DNA of 64,000 nt from an uncultured Acidobacteriota bacterium (GCA_963713825.1 CAVQNG010000025.1:320001-384000), one strand, 5' to 3'. Counted from the stretch's first letter, positions 40,124 to 50,542 are shown. Translations and numbers: made by a program. The notes: generated by a model not told the origin, from the sequence alone.

Positions 40124-41467
40124 ATGTTCGAGAACAGGCAGATTCCAATGATCTTCTGGGCCACGGCCCTCGTCTCGACGAGTTGGCTGGCCTGCTCTAA
40201 AGGGGACTCGGAGGGACAGCAGGGCGACGCCGGTCGTCCTTCTGGCCAGCCAGGCGCCTCTTCCAGTCATAGCGGCGGTCCCGGAGGGGGGCGGCCCGCC
40301 GCGGCCGTGCCAGTGGAAGTTGCCAAGGTGGAGCGACGGAGCATCTCGTCATACATCGAGACCAACGGCACCCTGGAAGCTGAGAACGAGGTCGATCTGG
40401 TGGCCCGGGTCACGGCCCCGGTCGTCGACCTGAAGGTCGAGGAAGGGATGCAAGTCGAAAAGGGTCAGATTCTGGCGCGACTGGACGATTCCGAGCTCCG
40501 GGCGCGGGCCGAGATCTCTCGTGCCACTCTGCAAGAGGCGGAACAGGTCTTCGGACGGGCCGAATCGCTGCAAGAGAACCAGCTCATCAGTCTGGAGGAG
40601 TACGATCAGGTCGTCACTCGGCTCGATACGGCTAGGGCCCAGTCCGAGTCGGACCGGATCCAACTCGGTTACACCGAAATCCGGGCGCCGTTTGCGGGCC
40701 TCATCGTGACCCGTCACATCCACTATGCCGAGCAGGTCAATGCGGGGATGCCGCTGTTTCGCATCTCGGACTTCAACCCCCTTCTGTGTCCGATCCAGAT
40801 TCCCGAGCGGGATATTCCGAAAGTCCAGGTCGGCCAGCAGGCCTATCTGACCTTGGAGGCCTGGCCCGGGGAGAGGTTCCCAGCCAGGGTGCTTCGCGTT
40901 CGACCGGTTGTGGATTCGGCGACGGGTACCGTGCGGGTCACTCTGGAAGTGGAGACTGGGGGTCGGCTGAGGCCAGGAATGTTCGCTCGAGCCTTCGTCC
41001 AGACCGAGACCCGGTCTGACGCCTTGGTCGTTCCCAAGTCTGCCCTCTCTTTGGAGAGTATCGGTGACACAGTCTATGTGGCAGAGGGTGACTCCGCCTC
41101 TCGCAGGGAGGTTCAGCTGGGCTTCAAGGAAGGCGAATTTGTCGAGGTATCGAGCGGAGTTTCCGAAGGCGAGAGGATCATCGTCGTCGGACAGGATGGA
41201 CTGAGCGACGGCACTCCCATCCAGATCCTGTCGGGTCTCGGCGAAGGTCCGGCGGCCGAGGTGCAAGTCTCAGCATCAGGCTCCGGACCGGGACCGGCGA
41301 CCGGGGATATACCACGCCGTCCCGATGGCCGACCCGACTTCTCTCAGATGACGCCAGAGCAACTGGAAGGCGTCAAGGAGTCCATGCGATCGCGCGGCCT
41401 GACCGAGGAGCAGATCGAGGAGCGCATTGGGGGAGCTGGCGGCAGGGCCGCACAGAATCCGGAGTGA
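40124..41467 (+). CDS. RND periplasmic adaptor (MFP), probable lipoprotein
   Basis: WLAC lipobox, VEEG..VEKGQILARLD, IRAPFAG, LRPGMF. Confidence 0.95.
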   Translation: MFENRQIPMIFWATALVSTSWLACSKGDSEGQQGDAGRPSGQPGASSSHSGGPGGGRPAAAVPVEVAKVERRSISSYIETNGTLEAENEVDLVARVTAPVVDLKVEEGMQVEKGQILARLDDSELRARAEISRATLQEAEQVFGRAESLQENQLISLEEYDQVVTRLDTARAQSESDRIQLGYTEIRAPFAGLIVTRHIHYAEQVNAGMPLFRISDFNPLLCPIQIPERDIPKVQVGQQAYLTLEAWPGERFPARVLRVRPVVDSATGTVRVTLEVETGGRLRPGMFARAFVQTETRSDALVVPKSALSLESIGDTVYVAEGDSASRREVQLGFKEGEFVEVSSGVSEGERIIVVGQDGLSDGTPIQILSGLGEGPAAEVQVSASGSGPGPATGDIPRRPDGRPDFSQMTPEQLEGVKESMRSRGLTEEQIEERIGGAGGRAAQNPE

Positions 41468-41543
41468 CGCGCCTGACCCCTCGTTCCCGATCGGCAGTGG
41501 ATCGGCCTCCAGCGGATCCCAGCCTCCAACGCGGAGCCGTGAT

Positions 41544-44500
41544 TTGAAGCTCATCGATTTCTCGACCCGGCGTCCGGTCAGCATCATCATTTTCGCGGTC
41601 GCAGCCGTGGTCTTCGGTCTGGTGGCGTTCAGGCAACTGGCCACCGATCTGTTGCCGGACATCAACTATCCATCCCTGTCCGTTCAAACCACCTACGAAG
41701 GTACCGCACCGATCGAGGTGGAGAGCCTCATCACACGCCCGGTCGAGAACGCCGTCGGCGTGGTGAACAACGTCGTCCGGGTGGTCTCCAGCTCACGCAC
41801 GGACGTCAGCGAGGTGACACTCGAGTTCAGCTGGGGCACCAACATGGACATGGCGGCCCTCGACGTGCGGGAGCGCCTCGATGTGCTGCAACTGCCAGCC
41901 GATGCCGATCGGCCACTGCTGCTGCGTTTCGACCCCTCTCTCGATCCAATTCTTCGTCTCGGTCTCTCAGGAGGCAGCGACCTGGTGCGCCTGCGTCTGA
42001 TCGCCGAAGAACAGGTCAAGCGGGCGTTGGAGCGGATCGAGGGAGTTGCGGCAGTGGTAGTCAGTGGCGGGCTGGAGGAGGAGATTCAGGTCGCACTCGA
42101 TGAGCGCCGATTGGCCAATCTCGGTCTGACAGCCGATCGCGTGCTCGGTCGCCTGGCCCAAGAGAATATCAACCTCACTGGCGGTCGGCTGCGCGAGGGT
42201 CAGACCGAGTTCCTGGTGCGGACGGTCAATGAGTTTGTTCGGCCCGAGGACTTGAACGAGGTGGTGATCGACAGCTCGCAAGGTGCGATCGTCAGGCTGG
42301 AGGATGTGGCGCAGGTCTTCAAGGGCCACAAGGAGCGCGAGATCATCACGCGGATCAATGGCGAGGAGAGTGTCGAGGTCGCGGTCTACAAGGAGGGGGG
42401 CACGAACACAGTCACCGTTTCGGACGCGGTGACTGCCAGCCTCGAAGGTCTGCGAGAGCGATTGCAGAAGCTCGATCCCGGCCTGCAGTTGACGATCGTG
42501 ACCGATCAGGCCCGGTACATTCGGCAATCGGTGTCCGAAGTCTTGCGGACGGCCCTGTATGGAGGGCTGTTGGCCATTCTGGTGCTCTTCCTTTTTCTGC
42601 GCAGTTGGAAGACGACACTCATCATCAGTCTCGCCATTCCAATCTCTGTCGTCGCTACGTTCTTCCTGATGTACGTTTCGGGGATCTCCCTGAACATCAT
42701 GTCGCTCGGTGGTCTGACCTTGGGGATCGGGCTTCTGGTGGACAATGCCATCGTCGTTCTGGAGTCGATCCAGCGGCGGCGCGATGAGGGCATGGACGAG
42801 ATCGAGGCGGCTCAGACTGGGACCTCCGAGGTGGCGCGGGCGGTCATCGCCAGCACGCTCACGACGATCTGCGTGTTCGTGCCGATCGTGTTCGTAGAGG
42901 GTGTCGCGGGCCAACTCTTCGGCGATCAGGCCATGACCGTCGCCTTTTCACTGGTCGTCTCACTCCTCGTGGCACTGACCGTCATTCCCATGCTGGCGTC
43001 GCGCGACTTCACGCCACAGTCGGCGGAAAGCGAGGCCGCAGAGGACGGTGCGAAGAGGTCGAGCCTCTCGCAGGCGGTCGGCAATGCCATCTTCTCCCTC
43101 TCCGTTCTGGTGGCCTCTGGAGTGAAGGCAGTGGTTCGAGTACTGGGCCGACTGGTTGGTTGGTTGACGGTAATTCCCTTGGCGCTGTTCCAGCGCGGGT
43201 TCGAGTGGGTCGCCGCCCTCTATTCGCGGCTGCTTGACCGTGTCCTGCGGCACCCTGTGGTGACGGTGGTTATTGCCTTCGTCCTGTTGATCGGCAGTCT
43301 GTTCCTGGTTCCGCGGCTCGGCAGAGAGCTGATTCCGGAGCTGATTCAGGGTGAGCTCTTCGTCAACACCGAGCTGCCGCCGGGAACCCATCTGGATGTG
43401 ACCCAGCGTCGTATGGCGAGCCTGGAGACCGTCAGCATGGCCATGGAAGACGTCACCTCGGTCTATTCCATCTCCGGCGCGTCGAACGAGCAGGGCGGTG
43501 CTGCGGGCGAGCGGCGCGAGAACATCGGACAGCTGACGCTGACCATCAGTCCTCCCGTGTCGAGGCAGCGTGAAGAAGCGGTCATGACCAAGTTGCGGGC
43601 AGCGCTGGATCGTCAAGAGGGCATGACCTATCGGTTTGGCCGCCCGTCCTACTTCAGTTTTCGAACGCCGATCGAAGTCGAGATCCGGGGCTACAACCTG
43701 CGACTTCTCGAGCGGCTCGCGGATCAGTTGGTCGAGCAGATGTCCCGAATCGAAGGGTTGACGGACATCAAGGCGTCGACGGAAGGTGGCAATCCGGAGT
43801 TGCAGATCACCTTCGATCGGGAGCGATTAGCGACACTGGGCCTGACCCTGGGCGAAGTGGCGCCGGTAGTGCGCTCCAAGGTGCAGGGGGCCATCGCCAC
43901 CGACATCCAGCGCGAAGACCGCAAGATCGACATCAGGATGCGATCGCAAGAGCAGTATCGCAACAGCGCGCAGGATCTGCTGCAGTTGACCGTTCATCAG
44001 AGTGGCAAGACCGCCATTCCCCTGGGGGCCGTGGCGACGGTCGAAGAAGTCGAGGGGCCGGCCGAGATTCGGCGCTCCGAGGGTGAACGGGTGGCCCTGG
44101 TAACCGCGAACCTCGACGGCGGCGACTTGGGAACGGTGTCGGAGCAGATCGCAGCCGCCTTGAAAGAGATGAGTCTGCCTAGCGGCTATGAGTGGCGGAT
44201 CGGTGGCCAGCGACAGGAGATGGAGACCTCGTTTGCCAGCATGCGGTTGGCGATTCTGCTGGCCATCTTCATGGTCTATCTGGTGATGGCGTCACAGTTC
44301 GAGTCGCTGTTGCATCCTTTCGTCATCCTCTTCAGTGTTCCCTTCGCCCTCATCGGTTTGCTGGCGACGCTCTACGTGACCGACACGACGGTCTCCATCG
44401 TGGTGCTCATTGGGGCGATCCTTCTGGCCGGAATCGTCGTCAACAACGCTATTATCCTTGTCGACTACACGAACCAACTGCGCCGCGAAGGTGCCTCCAA

Positions 44501-44723
44501 GCTCGAGGCGCTGCGGCAGGCCGGCGAAGTTCGATTGCGGCCAATTCTCATGACCACGGCGACCACGGTGCTCGGGCTTCTACCGATGGCCTTGGGGTTG
44601 GGCGAAGGAAGCGAGCTCCGCAGCCCAATGGCACTGACCGTCATTGGAGGTCTGGTAACCTCGACGGCTCTGACCCTACTCATCATTCCGGCGGTCTACA
44701 GCCTGCTGGATCGAAGTCGCTAA
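41544..44723 (+). CDS. RND efflux permease (AcrB/SwrC-like) 2
   Basis: GLLVDNAIVVLES, QFES, NNAII, RLRPILMT; TTG start with GGAG RBS. Confidence 0.95.
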   Translation: MKLIDFSTRRPVSIIIFAVAAVVFGLVAFRQLATDLLPDINYPSLSVQTTYEGTAPIEVESLITRPVENAVGVVNNVVRVVSSSRTDVSEVTLEFSWGTNMDMAALDVRERLDVLQLPADADRPLLLRFDPSLDPILRLGLSGGSDLVRLRLIAEEQVKRALERIEGVAAVVVSGGLEEEIQVALDERRLANLGLTADRVLGRLAQENINLTGGRLREGQTEFLVRTVNEFVRPEDLNEVVIDSSQGAIVRLEDVAQVFKGHKEREIITRINGEESVEVAVYKEGGTNTVTVSDAVTASLEGLRERLQKLDPGLQLTIVTDQARYIRQSVSEVLRTALYGGLLAILVLFLFLRSWKTTLIISLAIPISVVATFFLMYVSGISLNIMSLGGLTLGIGLLVDNAIVVLESIQRRRDEGMDEIEAAQTGTSEVARAVIASTLTTICVFVPIVFVEGVAGQLFGDQAMTVAFSLVVSLLVALTVIPMLASRDFTPQSAESEAAEDGAKRSSLSQAVGNAIFSLSVLVASGVKAVVRVLGRLVGWLTVIPLALFQRGFEWVAALYSRLLDRVLRHPVVTVVIAFVLLIGSLFLVPRLGRELIPELIQGELFVNTELPPGTHLDVTQRRMASLETVSMAMEDVTSVYSISGASNEQGGAAGERRENIGQLTLTISPPVSRQREEAVMTKLRAALDRQEGMTYRFGRPSYFSFRTPIEVEIRGYNLRLLERLADQLVEQMSRIEGLTDIKASTEGGNPELQITFDRERLATLGLTLGEVAPVVRSKVQGAIATDIQREDRKIDIRMRSQEQYRNSAQDLLQLTVHQSGKTAIPLGAVATVEEVEGPAEIRRSEGERVALVTANLDGGDLGTVSEQIAAALKEMSLPSGYEWRIGGQRQEMETSFASMRLAILLAIFMVYLVMASQFESLLHPFVILFSVPFALIGLLATLYVTDTTVSIVVLIGAILLAGIVVNNAIILVDYTNQLRREGASKLEALRQAGEVRLRPILMTTATTVLGLLPMALGLGEGSELRSPMALTVIGGLVTSTALTLLIIPAVYSLLDRSR

Positions 44724-44781
44724 TCTGAAGATGTTCGGACCTGACAGAGCTCTCGAGCCAATCGGTGGGACGGATCGGCCG

Positions 44782-46308
44782 ATGGCTTTGAGGGCCAGTC
44801 TGGGCCTGATTGCCGGACTCGCCCTGGTCAAGCTGGCCATTCATCTGATCACCAACGGCCTGGGTGGCTACGGAATATTCCGGGACGAGCTCTACTACCT
44901 GGCGTGCGCTCGGCACCTGGGCTTGGGTTATGTCGATCAACCACCGCTGTCGATCTACCTGCTGGCGGTTTCTTCGCAGCTGTTCGGCGAATCGGTCTTC
45001 GCTCTACGGCTCTTGCCGGCCGTCTTCGGATCGCTGACGGTCTTCCTGGTTGGCTTATTGGCGCGAGAACTGGGGGGTGGGCGCTGGGCTCAGCTGTTGG
45101 CTGGCCTGGCAGCCTTGGTCTCCCTCATCTTCTTGGCCATGGACTCGGTGTATTCCATGAACGCCTTCGACCATCTGGTGTGGGCTGCCGTCGCTTTTCT
45201 CGTGGCTCGGTTGCTCAGGACCAGTCAGCCTGTCTACTGGCCGCTCATCGGCATCGCGGTGGGTCTCGGGCTCTTGAACAAGGTCGGTGCTCTCTGGTTG
45301 GGGACGGGGATCGCGGTCGGGCTGCTGGCGACTCGTGAGCGGCGCTGGTTGGCGACGCGATGGCCGTGGCTGGCGGGCGTTCTGGCGCTGACTCTCTTCT
45401 TGCCGTATGTGTGGTGGAACCTGACGCACGACTGGGCCCATCTGGAGTTCATTCGTAATGCCACGGCTGGCAAGTACTCGAGACTGTCGGCCTGGACCTT
45501 CCTCTCTCAGCAATTGCTTGTGCAGAATCCCGTCACGGTACCGGTTTGGGGTTCGGGGTTGATCTTCCTTCTCGTCAGCCCCTCGGGTCGGCGGTTTCGC
45601 ATGCTGGGCTGGATCTATCTAGCATCGCTGTTGATTCTCGTGGCCAATGGTCATAGCAAGGCAGAGTACCTGTCACCTGCTTACACGATTCTCTTCGCAG
45701 CTGGCGGTGTGGCACTGGAGCGCTGGTCGGGTCGGCCAGGCCTCGCCTGGGTGAGAGTGGTGATCGCGGTCCAGTTGATCGTGGGGCTGATTCTGGCGCC
45801 AATGGTGGTGCCGATCTTGCCGGTCGAGACCTACATTGCCTACGCCCAGAGCCTGGGTGTACAACCCTCGACGAGCGAGAGCAAGGAGCTAGCGGAGCTA
45901 CCGCAGTTCTACGCCGACATGTTCGGTTGGGAGGAGAAAGCCGCCGCAGTTGCTAATGTGTATGACTCCCTGTCTACCGAGGAGAAGGCCGTAGTTGCCA
46001 TCTTTGCCGCGAACTATGGGCGGGCTGGAGCCATCGACTACTTCGGACCGGAGTTGGGACTTCCCTCCGCCATCAGTTCCCATAACAGCTACTGGCTGTG
46101 GGGACCTCGCGACTTCAATGGAGAGATTGTCATCGTGTTGGGTGGGGAACGCGAGGGCCTGGAAGACAGTTTCGGCAGCGTCGAGTTGGCAGGTCGAGTG
46201 CCGTGCCGATTCTGTATGCCCTATGAAAGCGATCTGCCCATCTTCGTGTGCCGCGAACTGAAGCTGCCGGTTGCCGAGGTCTGGGACCGGCTCAAGAACT
46301 ACAGCTGA
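44782..46308 (+). CDS. GT-C fold glycosyltransferase (GT39/ArnT-like)
   Basis: FRDELYY, GYVDQPPL, multiple TM segments, NYGRAGA, HNSYWLWG. Confidence 0.88.
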   Translation: MALRASLGLIAGLALVKLAIHLITNGLGGYGIFRDELYYLACARHLGLGYVDQPPLSIYLLAVSSQLFGESVFALRLLPAVFGSLTVFLVGLLARELGGGRWAQLLAGLAALVSLIFLAMDSVYSMNAFDHLVWAAVAFLVARLLRTSQPVYWPLIGIAVGLGLLNKVGALWLGTGIAVGLLATRERRWLATRWPWLAGVLALTLFLPYVWWNLTHDWAHLEFIRNATAGKYSRLSAWTFLSQQLLVQNPVTVPVWGSGLIFLLVSPSGRRFRMLGWIYLASLLILVANGHSKAEYLSPAYTILFAAGGVALERWSGRPGLAWVRVVIAVQLIVGLILAPMVVPILPVETYIAYAQSLGVQPSTSESKELAELPQFYADMFGWEEKAAAVANVYDSLSTEEKAVVAIFAANYGRAGAIDYFGPELGLPSAISSHNSYWLWGPRDFNGEIVIVLGGEREGLEDSFGSVELAGRVPCRFCMPYESDLPIFVCRELKLPVAEVWDRLKNYS

Positions 46309-46348
46309 AAAGGGCTTCGGGAGCGCGAGTGGCGTCCGGAGTCGGGAG

Positions 46349-47555
46349 TCAATGCAAGGCGGCCGAAGCGACCTCTGCCAGGTGACCTCCTATGGCCAGG
46401 GCCGCGGTGGCCGCTGGCGAGGGTGCATTGAGCACATGTAGCATGCGGTCGGATTGCAGTATCTGAAAGTCGTCGAGCAGCCTACCCCGGGCATCGATCG
46501 CCTGGGCTCGCACGCCGCTTCTGGAAGGCGCGAGCTGCTCCGCGGTGACGGTTGGCATCAGTCGCTGCAAGCCCTCGACGAAGGCTGCACGGTTCCAGGA
46601 ACGGTACATCTCTCCAGCCCCGGTGCGCCAGAAGCCGGTCGCCAGTCTCCAGAATCCCGGATACAGCAAGGTGTCAGCGGTATCTCGGAGTGAGAAGTCG
46701 GTTGCTCGGTAGCCTTCCCGCTTCCAGGCCAGCACGGCGTTGGGTCCGGCCAGGACCCGATCGTCGATGGTGCGAGTCAGATGAATGCCGAGAAACGGCA
46801 GCCGGGGATCCGGTACGGGATAGATCAGCCCATTGACCTTGTCGGCAGCGGAGGCTGTCAGTTCCAGATACTCGCCGCGGAATGGCACCAGCCGTATCTC
46901 TGGCTTCAGGCCGCAAAGCCTGGCGACGCGGTCCGCCTGTAGCCCGGCGCAGTTGATCAGGAGGCGACAGCGGACGGTCTTCGAATCAGTCTCGATCTTG
47001 ATGCCGCTCGGCTCGGTCGACACCTTCCGGACGCGGGCCGAGGTGAGAATTCGACCTCCTTTGTCGGCGATCAACTCGGCGAGCCGAGCGGCCACTCGGC
47101 TGAAGTCGACAATGCCTGTCTGCGGTACCCAGAGAGCGCCGACGCCAACGGCTGACGGCTCTTTGTCGCGAATACCCGCAGCGTCGAGTCGCTCGACGCC
47201 TTCTAGACCGTTGGCGTCCGCCCTTTCGGCCAGCCTGTCCAGTGCCGGCAGCTCACTGTCATCGACTGCTACGACCAGCTTGCCGCAGCGCCGATAGGCG
47301 ATCTCGTTGTCGTCACAGAATCGGTAGAGAGCGTCCCGCCCCGAAGCGCAGAACCGTGCTTTGTCGGAGCCGGGCCGGTAGTAGAGGCCCGAGTGAATGA
47401 CGCCGCTGTTGCGGCCGGTCTGGTGGAGCGCCAGTTCGTTCTCGGCCTCGAGGACGACGAGCGAACCGACTCCCTTGTCGGCAAGAGATCGAGCTGTCGC
47501 GAGGCCTACGATGCCTCCCCCGATCACCGCTACATCCTGTTGTCGGGCTGCTCAT
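46349..47555 (-). CDS. lhgO: L-2-hydroxyglutarate oxidase; 5' end apparently frameshifted
   Basis: DVAVIGGGIVG, HQTGRNSGVIHSG, PFRGEY, YPVPDP..PFLG, NAPSPAAT; nearest ATG (47555) is out of frame by 1 nt. Confidence 0.88.
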
Positions 47556-47607
47556 CACTTGGTCATTCTGGCTTGGCGGCAGACGAAATGGAAGTCTATT
47601 GGCCGGT

Positions 47608-48309
47608 CTACTCCTGGCCCTCGCCGCCGCTGAGCTTCAAGTACTCGGTCAGGGTTGTCTTGCCTTGGCCCTCGAACTCGACGAAACGAAGCCCCAGGCC
47701 CTGGACAGCCTCCCGGTCCGGATCGGTATGCCGCACGACCTCCGCCATCACATGAATGGGATCGGAGGAGCTCGGTACGGAAATCGCCAGTCGAACCTCG
47801 GATCCGACGGGGATGCTTTCCTGCAGTCGGACCAGCATGCCCGACTTCGAGATGTTGTCCGTCTGACACATCCTCAGGAGCTTGCCTGCACCCAATTGCA
47901 CTTCCAATCGGAGCATCAGGCGGGGTGCTGCGCGCGTCGAGTCCCCGATGATCTCCATGATGCCCTTTTGGAGGTCGTCGCCCTCCATGTCGGCTGGGAG
48001 AAATCGATGCTCATCGTCGAGATAAGGCTCGATCTCCGCCAGAAGATGCTTGTCAGCCAGGAGCGCGATGGCGGGTCCTTTCGTGGTGGGGCCGCAGGAG
48101 GACAGACCCGCCATGAAGGCGTCGAGACGCATGTCGATCAGCGGGAAGGCGACGATGACAAGTCGCGGTCGCTTTGTCTGAACCATCTTGAGAGCTGTCT
48201 GGCCGAGTGGCACCCGATGCACCGCCAGATCGGATCGGTCCAGGATGGAATCGATTTTAGATAGAAGTCCCCCTTGGGCTCCCACGGCTAGGACAATGGG
48301 CCTCTCCAT
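47608..48309 (-). CDS. PilZ domain protein with degenerate receiver-like N-terminus
   Basis: RAAPR and NISKSG motifs; GLGLRF. Confidence 0.8.
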   Translation of the reverse strand: MERPIVLAVGAQGGLLSKIDSILDRSDLAVHRVPLGQTALKMVQTKRPRLVIVAFPLIDMRLDAFMAGLSSCGPTTKGPAIALLADKHLLAEIEPYLDDEHRFLPADMEGDDLQKGIMEIIGDSTRAAPRLMLRLEVQLGAGKLLRMCQTDNISKSGMLVRLQESIPVGSEVRLAISVPSSSDPIHVMAEVVRHTDPDREAVQGLGLRFVEFEGQGKTTLTEYLKLSGGEGQE

Positions 48310-48388
48310 AGTTACTCTCAGAGAGCATGCTATGGGCGGAGGGCCCGGTTCTCCTATGAGATCTACCACCGGGTCTGTGGCGAATACC

Positions 48389-50542
48389 TCACTCGGGGTC
48401 GAGCTTGTCGAAGACGTAGCCTGCCTTCGCTGCGCCCCAGACCTGCTGGCCCTGAGCATCGAAACCGCGGTCCCAGGACAGCACTCTCTCAGGCGTGATC
48501 AACACTTCGGAGGTGGCGTAGCTGGCGCCGCGCAGACGACTGCCGCACTCCTGGTCCGCGGTGGCTCCAGCAAAGGTCTCAGGGCCCGCGCGGCGGAGAT
48601 CGATAGCGCAGCCCTGGCGCCGGCTCAGATCTTCGGCAGAGATCGCTTTCAGCAGCCCGACATTGCGCCAAGCACCGGCGAGCTCCAGCGGGTCGCCTGG
48701 CAAGGTGAAGACCTCGCTGCGAATCGCTTCCTCATCGACTCGGGAAAGACGGTAGATGCGCTGGCGATAGGGCTGTGCGAGATTGTCTGCGGAGGCCTGC
48801 TCGACGTAGAGCCAGACCGCGTCGGTGCGACTCGGCCAGATGCGACTCATGAAGAGGCGGATGTCGTAGTAGCTCTCGGGGTCGGACTCGGCTTGCCTGG
48901 CGCTGGAGAAGGAACCCTCCATCCAGGTGGCGAGTGTTTCGATCTCCTCGTCTCCGGCACCGGCGGGCATGGTGAAGAGAGAGGCCATGAGGTCGATGCC
49001 ATACCAGAGGTTGGCTAGGCGCAGATTCTCGTTGGGAGCGTGTTGGTTGTCGTCGTGGTTGGCGATCGGTGTGATTACCACCGGGGCAGCAAGAGTCTCC
49101 GTGAAGAGATAGAGGGGTAAAGAACCACCCAGAGTCGGTAGAAGCACCAGGTCTCCATCGGAGGCCCTCGTCGCGGCCGCGATGATTTCCCGAGCTACCG
49201 GAAGATCCATCGATGTTCGCGCCGCCCGGTACCCAGAGCGGCGATCGATCTTGATGAGCTTGGCGAACTCGAGTCGATTGGTCAGGTCGGGCTCCTCCTT
49301 GACGACGTGGTAGCCCTGCTCACGAATGTGGGCCTCGACAAGGTCCAGCATGGCCTCGGGGTCGTTCCCCTTGGCAAGTCGAATGTCGATGCTTGCCGTC
49401 GCCTCGGTGGGGATGATGTTGCGGGCGGCCTCGCCGACGGTGGCACTCTGCAGGCCCCGAATGTTGAGGGAGGGCAACAGCAGCCGATCGGCCAAGGGGG
49501 CATTGCCCGATTCTGTGCGAGCCAACCCCAACTCGTGGCGCAGCTGGTTGTCGAAATCGGGTAGCGAGTCCATTGCCTCTTGCTCGGAGGCCGACACCGG
49601 CTCGGTGCTCTCGTAGAAGCCGTCGATCAGGACGTGCCCCTCTTCATCCTTCATGCTGGCCAGCAATCGAGCCAAGCGCAAGGCCGGATTGGGGGCCCAG
49701 TTGCCGTAGTGCCCACTGTGCAGGTAGCGGGTGGCTCCGTACACGGTGAGATCGATCCCGGTGTAGCCTCGGACGCCGAATACCAGTTGAGGTCGCCTGC
49801 TCTGGTGGACCGGGCCGTCACAGATCAGCCAGGCATCGACACCCAGGGCCTCACGATGTGCCTCCATGTAGGCGCCGAGGTGTTCGGAGCCAGCCTCTTC
49901 CTCTCCTTCGAAGAGGAAGATCAGGTTGGAGGTCAGTGGGACCTCGCTGGCGCGCAGAGCATCAAGAGCGCCGAAAATCGCGGCCAGGGGAGCCTTGTCG
50001 TCTCCGGTGGAGCGGCCGTAGAGGCGCCATTCGGGATCGATGGCTTCGCCGGCGGTCGGCAGCGGGCGCAGGTTTCCTCCCTCCTCCTGAGCACGCGTGT
50101 AGAGAACCGGGCTCCAGGCCGGGTGGGTCCACTGACTCCCGTCCACCGGCTGACCGTCGTAGTGCACGTAGATCCCGAGAGTCCGGCTGGCGCCTTCGAC
50201 CGGAAGTGAGCCGTAGACCACCGGCGGAACGTCGTCGGTGAGGTTCCAGAGCTCAGCCGCGACGCCGCGCTCCTCGAGTTGGCTTCGGATGGCCTCGGCG
50301 TTGCGTCGGATGTTGACGCCGTCCGAGGCCACGTTCGGCATGGAGAGTAGCTCGACGAAATCCTGCAGCAGGCTCCAGCCGTTGGATTGGCGCCAGGCCC
50401 TGACCTGCGCCAGGAGCTCTTTGGAGCTCAGCTGCGGTGCCGTGGTCTCGGCGCATCTGACTGGTTGAACCGAGTTCAAGGTGGCCAGAAAGAGGGCACC
50501 GCACAGGACCGTGGCTCGATAGCGTTTCATCGTCTTCCTCAC
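48389..50542 (-). CDS. Secreted M20/M25/M40 metallopeptidase fused to CpcT/CpeT-family domain
   Basis: HYDGQP, GDDK, EGEEE, QHAPNEN; C-terminal GSFSS..QA, LYVEQA, PYRQR, SWDRGFD..G.QVWG. Confidence 0.88.
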   Translation of the reverse strand: MRKTMKRYRATVLCGALFLATLNSVQPVRCAETTAPQLSSKELLAQVRAWRQSNGWSLLQDFVELLSMPNVASDGVNIRRNAEAIRSQLEERGVAAELWNLTDDVPPVVYGSLPVEGASRTLGIYVHYDGQPVDGSQWTHPAWSPVLYTRAQEEGGNLRPLPTAGEAIDPEWRLYGRSTGDDKAPLAAIFGALDALRASEVPLTSNLIFLFEGEEEAGSEHLGAYMEAHREALGVDAWLICDGPVHQSRRPQLVFGVRGYTGIDLTVYGATRYLHSGHYGNWAPNPALRLARLLASMKDEEGHVLIDGFYESTEPVSASEQEAMDSLPDFDNQLRHELGLARTESGNAPLADRLLLPSLNIRGLQSATVGEAARNIIPTEATASIDIRLAKGNDPEAMLDLVEAHIREQGYHVVKEEPDLTNRLEFAKLIKIDRRSGYRAARTSMDLPVAREIIAAATRASDGDLVLLPTLGGSLPLYLFTETLAAPVVITPIANHDDNQHAPNENLRLANLWYGIDLMASLFTMPAGAGDEEIETLATWMEGSFSSARQAESDPESYYDIRLFMSRIWPSRTDAVWLYVEQASADNLAQPYRQRIYRLSRVDEEAIRSEVFTLPGDPLELAGAWRNVGLLKAISAEDLSRRQGCAIDLRRAGPETFAGATADQECGSRLRGASYATSEVLITPERVLSWDRGFDAQGQQVWGAAKAGYVFDKLDPE

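Noticed and set aside
47553-47566. Selenocysteine or stop readthrough at the in-frame TGA TGA upstream of lhgO
   Set aside because: No conserved Cys at that position and no evident SECIS; a 1-nt indel is the simpler explanation.
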